A stretch of DNA of 41,194 bases from Lenisia limosa (taxonomy: Eukaryota > Protista > Breviatea). Of this stretch, positions 10,310 to 20,280 are shown one piece after another (the stretch's first letter is position 1; each line of letters begins with the position of its first letter). The notes under the pieces were generated by a model. That model saw only the letters and a list, made by a program, of their open reading frames with translations. It ran no database searches and was not told where the DNA came from. The translations under genes and the position numbers were made by a program. The DNA is taken from positions 1 to 41,194 of the forward strand of contig LPNZ01008015.1 of assembly GCA_001655205.1 (NCBI GenBank), given 5' to 3'.

Positions 10310-11927
10310 TTAAAGGTCATCCTCGTCATCAAACTCGAATTCTTCGTCATCCTAAAGCATGAGTTTAGACACCACAAGCGAAACGTTACTGAAGCATACA
10401 TCCTCTTCCTCAGCAGCGGCGGCGGCAGCGGCTTCACGGGCAGCGGCTTCTTCCTACACAAAATCAGCGATCATACATACTATGTGTTATACGGGAAAAC
10501 CAATTTGACTTTCCGCTTACAGCCTGCTTCTTCTTAATCTCCTCCTGCTCGGTGTCATACATCTTCTTCTCGGCGGCGAAGGTGGCACCCCAGGTCTCCT
10601 TAATGAAAGCATCAACCTCAGATTTGTCATCGGCAACGATGATGTTGTCAAAGACGGTACCAGACTTAACCTGCCAGAGATCGAAACCAACACCAGCGAA
10701 TGACTCGTACATGTAGACGTCCTCATGCTCGACAAAGTCGGGGTTGGCAATCATGGGGTGCTCCCACTTGCCCTGGTAGGCAGGGTTGACGATTTGCTTA
10801 GGAGTCCAGGGAGAATACTCAGGATTGGGGACCATAGGGGCTTCCCATTCTCCGTCAAGCTCATCAGACCAGTCCTCAGGAATCTCAGCCTCGGGATCCT
10901 CCACGAACTCAACAGGCCAGTCAGCGGGCTAAATTAAATTATTAATAATCAATGACAAAAGATTCAATAACATAAAAAATATCATAAGGAGCTAACCTTG
11001 ACATCTTCTGGGTCGTCAATCTTTTCACGATCATCCCAGTCAGAGGGGCGAGTGACAGCGGGATCAGGAATCTCACGGGCGAGGAGGAAGTCCCAGTTTT
11101 CGTAAAGAGATCCAGTGGCAACCTCGTTCTCGTCGATCTCAACAACGTAGGTAGAGTCAGGCTTCACAATGAAGGTGTAAACGTGAGTGATTTCGTCGGT
11201 CTCAACCTTGATTTCCTTCTTGGAAAGGAGGTTCTCTTCACCATGACGGAAGATAAGATGGGTCTTCTTGTTGGAAGGACCACAGATATCAGGGCCAAAC
11301 ATGACGCTAAAAAATGTTAGAGGGTTTCAAAAGGAAAGCTTGAAAAAAACGTTTAACTCCCAAATACTTGTAGACGGTCTCTCCATCGAATTTATCAGCA
11401 TCAAAGCCAGCAGGGAGAAGCTTGATGTATCCTCCACCACAATCGATTTTCTGGTCATTCTTGACAGTAAAAGAAAGGACGAGGTCCTTTCCCTTGTTGC
11501 TGAACTCTTCGAAAGAAGCGGTCATTCCATAGAACTTGGCATCCTCAGAGGTCTTGATTCCTGGAAGTCAATTAGACAAAAAATTATCTTATTGGTGGTC
11601 ACAAAACCCATATTGGTCCCAAAAGAGTGAACATTTCCTTTCAATCAGTGACATCATAATTTGGGGAAAGAAAAAAAAGATGTTTCATAACCATTCCGTA
11701 TCCCACCAGTGTTGATCTTCTTGTCACCATAGTGCTTGCCGACAGCAGAAGTGAAATGTCCAAAATCTTCCTTAGCAGAAGACTGAACCCAACGGGATTC
11801 CCAGTCTCCATCTATACAGGTTAATATTAAACAATCTAAGAAGAACCTCACCAAAAGTTTCCTTCAGATAAACCTTCGCTGAGGCGGCCGCCACAAGGGC
11901 CAGGACGAAATATACCCAAACCTTCAT
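10310..11927 (-). CDS. CALR: Calreticulin, multi-exon
   Basis: Signal peptide MKVWVYFVLALVAAASA; KIDCGGGYIKLLP, MFGPDICGPSNKKTHLIF, P-domain repeats (IPDPAVTRPSDWDD, DWSDELDGEWEAP), FDLWQVKSGTVFDNII; acidic tail ending EDDL*. Confidence 0.97.
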
Positions 11928-12059
11928 TATACAGTCAAATAACGGGAGAGCAATTTTTTGCGAAAAAAGAAATTCAGTTTTATAGTAAACCGGGTTCGTC
12001 TAAAGATTTTTACGAATTTATCTGGGGTGCTTTCCTACAGTACCAGGGTTTATACTCCC

Positions 12060-12400
12060 AAATCAAACATGCTGTGCCCCTCCCCTCCTCCAGGCTGACG
12101 TCGTCACGTCGTCGGGGGTCGTTGAGAAGTCGAGGAGTCGTTGGGTGTCCCACTCATGTCCCACTCGGGTCTTCACGAGAGAGGTGATCTGGGGATCTGG
12201 GACCAGAGTGCGCGGTTGTTGGCGCGGATTTAATACGGGTTGATTTTCAGATCTTTCCCCGATCTTTGGGTTGGTAGATTTCAGTCTGCCCGCTGCCCCT
12301 CTGCCACAATTGCTGCTCGCTTCACAGTCTACGCAACGAATAACACAGCAGCTCTCCAACAGTTCTCCCCTTCGCTATAACCGACTCGGCTAACCGTCAG
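12060..12400. other. GC/CpG-rich block between divergent calreticulin and ankyrin genes; function unassigned
   Basis: Dense CG dinucleotides (gacgtcgtcacgtcgtcg) and tandem tgtcccactc x2, unlike the AT-rich flanks. Confidence 0.4.
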
Positions 12401-12505
12401 CTGAGCCTGAGTTACCAAAACTACTACCTTAGCTTTAACGTACACAAACTTGAGAAATTATGTTAAGCAGTCACATAGCTTGATGTGATAGCGAATAGTG
12501 TTATA

Positions 12506-13958
12506 ATGGATGACATTTTACAGTCAGTTACTGACGGCAATGTCACTCAGCTCAGCTACTACTTACGACTGTTTGAGGAGGGTCTAATTATTTTGAAATC
12601 TTTCATTGATATTGCCCCTCATAGTTCAGGGATGGAATTGACTCAAGTAATGAAGTCGTCTATCATGGCACCAGAGTTTGTTTTGTATAGATGGTTACTT
12701 ACATTATAATGTAGATGCCACTGTTGCATGCTGGATGTATGTCTGGGCATGAAGCTGTTTTAAACATCCTTCTGTCAACTTGCTCAGACCCTGCAGTTTG
12801 TAACTCTCAGGTTTGATAATTGCTTGCTTCCCTGTTATATTTAATAACAATTTAGGATGAAACAGCCCTTGATATTCTGTGTCAGAATATTCAAAAGTTT
12901 CCTGCAAGACCACCATACGCGTCTTTGTCAACTGGTTTGTTCTTGGTAATCAAATAATATCTAGGCTCAATTGATGATGTGAAGGCAATGAATCTGCTCA
13001 TTTCAGCAGGTGTTCCTCCAACTCCAACGCCTGTTTGCATTAACTGTGCTCTAATACCAAATTAAGGAATCAATTGCTGCAATATGCACACAAAGAAGAG
13101 TTGCTGTTTTGCGTTTTCTCAGAAGAGCTGGTGTGGACCTGTCCATAAAAATGACAGTAAGAGGACCAGAACTCTTATTTCTTTAGGATGGATCATCTCT
13201 TCTTCATTCGGCTGTTCTTAGTGGTAGCATTCAGTTATTACGCCATTTGCTTGATCAAGGACTTGACCCGAATTCACAAGATAACGTTTGTTTTAAAATG
13301 TCATGTAACCTTCTTAGAGTGGGCAAACCCCATTTATCCGATATGCCGCGGAGAGTTCCCCAAGACCTTTAACTATTGCACTTGATCTTATCAAAGCTGG
13401 GGCAAATTTGAAGATTTCTGATAATGTGAGTTTGCTGGTTTGTTTGTATTTTGAATAATTCCCAGATTGTTGATAGACTACAATAGGATTTGTCTCTTTT
13501 CTCTATGAACACATCAAACTATCACTCTTCAAGTTTAACAAGGCTTTTGTTTCAAATATGTCTGATACAAGTCTATTTTTATACTATTTTATTTTTCGTA
13601 AAAGAAGTCGCTTCTTAAAACTTGGATACGCGTTATTTTTATAGAATGAAGAAACACCCCTTTTGGTTGCATGCCGTAAGGGGCATACTCAGTTAGCTCG
13701 ATTGTTACTTCCAATGACTGAATGGAGTGAAGCTGAGGTATGGTTGCTTTCCTTGAGATTTATTCAAAACAATAACTGTAACACTTTTAGCTTCAGCAGT
13801 GTGCTGATGTATGTGAATCTTCAAGTGATGCATGTACTCTGCTTTGTGTACTTCAATTTTCTGGACCGCTACCAAACTGGAGGCGACAACAGTCTCATTC
13901 CTTAATATCTCGCCCAAGTTGGACTACCCTCTCCACTTCTCGTAGTAAAGCTGGTTAG
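12506..13958 (+). CDS. Ankyrin-repeat protein, multi-exon
   Basis: PLLHAGCMSGHEAVLNILL, SSLHSAVLSGSIQLLRHLLDQGLDPN, SGQTPF..LIKAGANL, NEETPLLVACRKGHTQLARLLL. Confidence 0.85.
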
Positions 13959-14751
13959 TTTGGTATTTAGACATTAATTGAGATTGTAGTTCATATTTGG
14001 GTTGAACTATACTGAAAGATAATGCAACAGGCAGGTTATCGATACAAAAAAGAACAAAACTCGAAATTTCTTTATTAATTAAAATGATTAGAGATGAGAA
14101 ATAAAACAAGCTTTTATCTAGCCGAAGCCGTTCACACCATAGTACTTTTGTCGATTTTCTAAAGAATTAATTAAAGTGTAGTAAGTAATCAAAATGAACT
14201 TGGGAAAATTCCACAGGGTAGTACAGAAAAAAAAACTGCTTCGGATAGCAAAAGAATATAAATGCCCCTTTTCCCGACTAAGGGGGTTTTTTCAATTTTT
14301 AGAGGTTTTGGAGTTTTGCTTTTTTTTACCTTTTCAGGGTCGAAACATGATAGGCACAACCATCACTGTCATATTGTCAATATATATTACAATTTTGGGG
14401 CTCAAATAGCCTCCTTTAGTCACATTCGCGGCCATTTTTAGAATTTTTATACCTGAATGAAATACTACCCTGAGCAATTATCCTGAAGGGTCATTTTTAT
14501 CACACTTTCATTATTTGTTGCGAAATTGAAAAAAAGGAGTGAACCTCCTTAAAATTAAACAAATAGAGTGACTTACTCAAAAGTAGTTAAAAGAGAATGT
14601 TATCTTGATTAGCCCGATGTTTTTGTTGATTTGAAATAAGCCGCCATGAGTTACCACCTTTTCCCATGTTAGAGCACTGTTTTAATAAAAACAATTAAAC
14701 GAGGAAAAATACCCCGGCTTAGCTAAAATTAAATAGAATACACGCTGATAC

Positions 14752-14833
14752 NNNNNNNNNNNNNNNNNNNNNNNNNNNNNNNNNNNNNNNNNNNNNNNNN
14801 NNNNNNNNNNNNNNNNNNNNNNNNNNNNNNNNN
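14752..14833. other. Assembly gap (N run)
   Basis: Run of N. Confidence 0.99.
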
Positions 14834-15000
14834 TCATATTTACACATATTGACAATTTGCTTTTTAATTATTTATCACATTCTTGTAGAACACCTCAACA
14901 CAATTACCCAAATTGAGAACGTTCTTATCATTTAGGATTATCATGTAAAGAAGTCCGAGCGCTCTCTGCGACACACTCCTTACTCCCTTCCGGTCAATTT

Positions 15001-17172
15001 TTGCCATCTTCCTCAACTGCACCTTACGCATACTCTTGGACACCGTCAAACAGTACTGCACCCACCCTGCGGTCCTTAGCCACCAGTAACCTTGCATCCT
15101 CCATAGTTTATGACAAGCTACCATTATCGTGGCCAGCGATCATGAATGGACCCGTCACCCTTGGTTCAGCCGACTTCAAGATTTTCGACCAATGCTTGTG
15201 TGATGATCTTCGTTTCGGTCAAGATTCCCTTTCTTCAGCCCCCGCTGATGATTTCGAGGTGCCCGTGGCCGAGTCAACACATTCTGGTGTAAATAACAGT
15301 AATGTTGAGTCAGATGTCGATATTTGGTCAATGTACAGCAGCGATGACAGTGCTGCTGTTTCAGATGATGACGTGTTCACTGACCAAACTCCGATGAACA
15401 CCCCGGACCCAGGTGTCAATGTCATGCTTGCTGGGGAACAAAAACAAGAAGTTCCTCCCAGGAAAAAGATTGATACTCGACCCATTTCGCTTGATTCTCT
15501 CGGTTTGATGTCACATAACGAATTAGTCAGTCACTTGGAAGGCCTTGAAGATGACAGTCAAACCATTCGAACTTTTGGATCTCGTTCCTTGCTTGCTGAC
15601 ATTACTGCGCACCTTCCAGTCGCCAACATGACCCTCCCGTCAACTGAGCCTCTTTGGTTGTGCAGTCAGTGTTCCATGCCTACATGTGGCCAGGCATCAG
15701 CCTTTTCACCGCCTCGTCATCCCGACCTTTGGGACCTTTTGGGACCAGTGTGCCTTCATTGTGCTCTCTGCGAAGTTTCGGAAGTGAAAGCTCATTTTCA
15801 GAAGCCCACTAACATTCTGCCACCTTCAGGTCCACCACTTTCCACTACTCCCGATGCCAAATCCTCTGTACAAATCGAAATCGAACCCGTTGTTTCTCCA
15901 CCGTCATCCCCGGTGACCATTTCCCCATCTCCTTTCAAAAGTGAATCCTCTCCCGTCGAAGTTGAATCACCTCAAGAATGCAAGAAGGAACCACCTTGCC
16001 AAGAAGTCAAAGAACCAGCTCAACAACAAGAGCAAAAGGAGTCCCCACCCCCAAGTCCTGTTTTCTCTCCGATTGTCCAAGAAGTTGTTAAGTCGGTCGC
16101 ATTCCAGACCCCTTCATCTCCTTCTGCTAACTCACATTTAGTCCCAAAACGACCTCAGACCTCTGAAGTTTATCAACCTTCTAAAAAAAATATTCCCCAG
16201 CAAACTTCGGATAATTTAGTTCCTCCCAGCCCCCCCGTATTTCAGACTCAGCCCTATCCGTATTTCTACCCCCCATCAGCTCCACAACACCCTATGATGT
16301 ACACGGCTACAGATCCCAATCTTGTTACCCTACTGCAATCTCTCACTGCCCAAGTACAGGCCCTTTCCATCCCACGTCCCCCTGTTATGACGGCTCCGTC
16401 CCTGATGAGTCAAAAAGTGTCATCAGAAGTCACAACTCAAACTGGTACCATTTCATCTTCGGAGAAAATTCTCAGCTCATCCCCTTTCAAAGCCAAAGTA
16501 TCACATCCTCTTCACCTCACCCACGCAACTACAACTACAACTTCTGTTGCTTGTTCGCCTATTCACGATACCATGTCCCCCCCTCACTCCTCCATCCACG
16601 ACCATCCTGTCCCCTACCTCCCCCGACCCGAGTCTCCCGTCAGCTCCTTGGATGAACCGATAACAAGCCGTCAGAACGAAGTCCCGGTCCGGCCTCAGCC
16701 GACGACCTCCGTCCAAGAGCTCCAAGCTGCCCTCACCATCAACGATGAAGAAGAAGCCGTTCGTCAGTATATGATAAACGAAGGACTTTTCTGGACCCGT
16801 GGTGCACGAAGAAAGCTGCGTCATCAAGATCGCTTGGAACGAGCGATGCGAATTGCAGTCGACAACCAAGCTAGAGTTGATATTGGAAAACGGGACACTG
16901 CTCGTGCTCGTCTCAACCGAATTTCCGCCGCTGAAGCCAGGCAAGTTGCCTCCGCTTCCGAAAACCTCCACTCCAAACTCAGTTCCGATATGAAGCATTC
17001 TGACGACTCTTTGAAGACGACAATGAGCCGCTGGGACATAGCAGAGCGAAATGCCCGGGCTAATTTGGTCCGTCAGGAACAAAGATGGAGAACGGCAGAG
17101 AAGAAAGCCTTGGGGCATTTCAACAAAGAGGTTTCAAGTGATGAGCGATTGGCCAACAAGTTATTGGCTTAG
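15001..17172 (+). CDS. Orphan uninterrupted ORF: Ser/Pro-rich, Cys/His cluster, basic helical C-terminus
   Basis: 723-codon open frame (open from 14917; first ATG 15142; possible acceptor catttag at 14935); CSQCSMPTC..H..CLHCALC cluster; no introns, unlike nearly all neighbours. Confidence 0.7.
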   Translation: MPSSSTAPYAYSWTPSNSTAPTLRSLATSNLASSIVYDKLPLSWPAIMNGPVTLGSADFKIFDQCLCDDLRFGQDSLSSAPADDFEVPVAESTHSGVNNSNVESDVDIWSMYSSDDSAAVSDDDVFTDQTPMNTPDPGVNVMLAGEQKQEVPPRKKIDTRPISLDSLGLMSHNELVSHLEGLEDDSQTIRTFGSRSLLADITAHLPVANMTLPSTEPLWLCSQCSMPTCGQASAFSPPRHPDLWDLLGPVCLHCALCEVSEVKAHFQKPTNILPPSGPPLSTTPDAKSSVQIEIEPVVSPPSSPVTISPSPFKSESSPVEVESPQECKKEPPCQEVKEPAQQQEQKESPPPSPVFSPIVQEVVKSVAFQTPSSPSANSHLVPKRPQTSEVYQPSKKNIPQQTSDNLVPPSPPVFQTQPYPYFYPPSAPQHPMMYTATDPNLVTLLQSLTAQVQALSIPRPPVMTAPSLMSQKVSSEVTTQTGTISSSEKILSSSPFKAKVSHPLHLTHATTTTTSVACSPIHDTMSPPHSSIHDHPVPYLPRPESPVSSLDEPITSRQNEVPVRPQPTTSVQELQAALTINDEEEAVRQYMINEGLFWTRGARRKLRHQDRLERAMRIAVDNQARVDIGKRDTARARLNRISAAEARQVASASENLHSKLSSDMKHSDDSLKTTMSRWDIAERNARANLVRQEQRWRTAEKKALGHFNKEVSSDERLANKLLA

Positions 17173-17272
17173 GTTGTATTTGTTTTTAATGTGTTGTTAT
17201 TTCCATTGTTGAGGTTGAAAAATGTATAATACGATGAGAGAGAAGCTACAGTTGAATACTTTCTGAAACTGA

Positions 17273-17289
17273 AATAATAATAATAATAA
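17273..17289. repeat. (AAT)n microsatellite
   Basis: aataataataataataa between convergent genes. Confidence 0.8.
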
Positions 17290-17325
17290 GGCATGGGGGA
17301 ATTGAGGAGCCTTTTTCTTTCAGGT

Positions 17326-19492
17326 TCAGGTATTGGTTTCACTTGGAGTAGATTCCGACATGAGGCGCTGTTGGAGCCAAGATGACCACTCTTCTTGAAC
17401 AATCTGTTTAGATCTCACCTACTTAGGTGAAACCGTTTTCACAATTTAAACAAACCTCTTCCCAAAGCTGTTGTGATGATAGCTGGGATAAAGGGTTTTG
17501 GACCTATTTGATGAGAGAGAGCAAAATGAAGACAAGTTAAACATGAGACCTAATAAGGTTCAATCATATTATGCATATGAAAGTGGCGTAAAAGATTCGA
17601 TTTTTTTTATGTGATATAGTACTATATATCATATATATTAGGCATTTTCAATTTTGGTGAAAAAATGTCTCAGTGGTATTTCAATATCTCATAAAATATA
17701 TTTACACTTTATGGGGTGGTTTGTTACAATCAAAAAACTCTTCGATTGGTATGTGAGGAAGACAAAGTGAGAAAAAAAATAAAAATAGCCCATTATCTAC
17801 TTCCTCCTACTCCATTAACTTGAAGAGAAAGCTTCACAGCCAAGGCAAGTGAAGTAAAATAGAGCTCTTCAAGTGTGGTAACAGAGGATCTTGATTGAGA
17901 AAGAGCAAATTCGAGTTGTGCAACACGTGACTCAGCCAACTGCCGCCTTTGATACTCCTTAGAAATTAGTCAAGCAAAAGATACATGAAGGCTGATAGAA
18001 ATTGATAGAAATTAAGTTGATTAGACCAGGTCTTGCTGAGAGAGATCCCCTTGTCCAGTGAGGTAGCATTGAAAAAGCGTCCTCAGTTAACTCCGATGAG
18101 TTGTCATAAATAGGAATTTGAATTTAAATATGAAACAGATATCATATGATTCTTCTTGACCAATGAAATATTAAATTAAATCAAAACACTTTATAAACAT
18201 TGAAGAAATAGAAACGAATAAAAAAAGAAGTGGAGTAGTTAGTTGTTGACTAATAACATCATAGAGAAGTGTCCAAAGAGCTTACAGCTTCTAAGCGATT
18301 CTCAAGATCCTGAACCTTATGGACATATGCTTTTGGAAGATCTACAGAGCAGTCAGGAAAGAAGACAAGAGAGCTGAATCATGGTTGACTCATTGCAAGA
18401 GGAAACATACCAGCTTGTTTAATTTCAATATTCTGCTTGGTTCCAATTTGGTTTAGAATATCCTGTTGAGTTTCAGGTGACGCTCTGTTGCCATCAAAAA
18501 TGAAGGATTCAATATAAGGGTGACGAATGACTTCTTTAGCGAGTTGCTTCAATCCTTCATCCCCAATTTCACAGCCTGAAGAAAATCAAGGTTAAATAAC
18601 TCTCACATTGTAAAGTGAGGCTTTCAAGAACCTGAAATTCATAGATAATATCTGAAATTAACTGGGCCCCTTTATTGCCAAGTGGGCTGTCTTTTGATGG
18701 TTAATTATAAGGAGGCCTACAGGAAATGTCTAAATATCTCAGGTTTGGAGCCAAAGAGAGTTGTTGGCATATTGAAGATATTCCATAACTTGTGATGTTG
18801 TTACCTGAATTTTTTAAATCCATATTTGATACAAACCGCCAATATCAACATGCTGTAATGAGTGATGAACTGCAACAGCTCTTGCAAAGGCCAAACACCC
18901 TTGATCACCAATGTTATTACCTGAGGTTATTGAAGAGGGCATAAGTCCAAACCTGCCAAATATATAGTTTTCAGTGAAGTATTCCTTGTCAAGAGTTGAG
19001 AAAAGTACTCCACACTTGAAGTTGTAATACTTTTATTACCTAAACAATTAGTAATAAAAAAATAGCAATACTTGAAAGAATCAGCGTAATAAGGGTGGAA
19101 TTGTCAACAAGCGCTTCACCAAGCATTTTTAGTCCTTCACCAGTAAAACCAGAGTCTGAAGCGGATTATAACTAAAGTCCTTTCCTACTTCCAAGACCAA
19201 GCTGTGTTATTGAGTTATTGACTTTCATTGCTCTCGCAAGTAAACTGAGACTTTTTGGTGTAAAAACATTGTCTGAATCCATAAGCGATAAAATATATCC
19301 CACTTGCAAAATCAACCGATATAAGGGAACTGTTCAACCTCATATTCTTACATATTGATTCAATTTGATGAGCATTAAGGTTCAAGCCTGAAATCAAAAT
19401 GAGCCTTTATTTCACCTACCAACAAAAGAGGCATTCTGGAGAGTGTTGCTCTTTATGGCAGCTTTCAATGTTTCATATGATGCCTCTGCCAT
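17326..19492 (-). CDS. Ribonuclease-inhibitor-type LRR protein with coiled coil and short C-terminal domain, multi-exon
   Basis: LKMLGEALVDNSTLITLIL, LLTRNTSLKTIYL, EIGDEGLKQLA, DGNRASPE; C-terminus LYFTSLALAVKLSLQ/VQNPLSQLSSQQLWEE/VRSKQIVQEEWSSWLQQRL..TNT*. Confidence 0.8.
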
Positions 19493-19930
19493 CTTGATGA
19501 AGACACCGACTAACACACCTCTTCTGCACTTCTTACCTGGAAAGAACCAGTAAAAGTAATGAATATGTTTTTTGAGTAAGATGGAAGAGAGAAGAGGGGG
19601 ACTGTGGGGGTGGAGGGTCTGTGTGGGCAAGGTGTGGGTGACTAGGAGGTGGTGTTGTGGATAGCATATATGTATACACACCTCCTCAGTTTGCAACCAA
19701 TGCACAGTTGTTTGAGCAAGCCAGCGCAGACGCGCAAAGCAGATAGATCAGAGGATTTTTGATAAAGGGATCTGTCGATCTGTTGCATAGGATAATCCAT
19801 CCAAGTCAAATAAGTATCCAGGTTTCTCATTCCCGTGGCCCGGTAGCCCTGGCCAAAGGCAAAAAGTAACACGGGCCGGATTAACCCAGAGCTGATGGGA
19901 AGGTTTCCCATATAATTTCCTTCTTTCCTT

Positions 19931-20002
19931 TCTATTGGTTCTACATTGGTTCTACAGTTCTCTCACGGTTCTACTGTTCCAGTACTGTTCTCTGTTCTAC
20001 TA
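19931..20002. repeat. Degenerate short tandem repeat (gttctac-like units)
   Basis: ttctattggttctacattggttctacagttctctcacggttctactgttccagtactgttctctgttctact. Confidence 0.6.
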
Positions 20003-20280
20003 ATATCAAATGTTGAATATCTGTAATATATTATTTATCCATAAAGACCTAAAGACCAAATCATCAAAAGCCTCACCCCTCAAAAGGCTTGCACTGGGGA
20101 GCTGGATCTGCTTTCCATTCTCCTTTCCGTCACTAGTCTCAAAATTCAAAAAAAAAATTCACTGCGGTTTAGCATATCATCTGTTTTATTCAAATGCTAC
20201 AATCGAGATGTAACAGTTTCATGAAAAATAAATATATTATATCTGAAATATCTATAATTACGATGATACAATCAGCGTAT

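Noticed and set aside
14118-14724. Possible TIR pair tagccgaagccg / cggcttagcta
   Set aside because: Short, gapped match with no TSD; may be chance
16501-17118. 205-aa antisense ORF overlapping the orphan ORF
   Set aside because: Shadow frame expected from GC-rich codon usage; no independent motifs
19790-19830. U1-like ATACTTA start on the minus strand, and taaccc as a telomerase template nearby
   Set aside because: Sequence reads ATACTTATTTG, not ATACTTACCTGG, and no Sm site or stem pattern was found; the template match is too short
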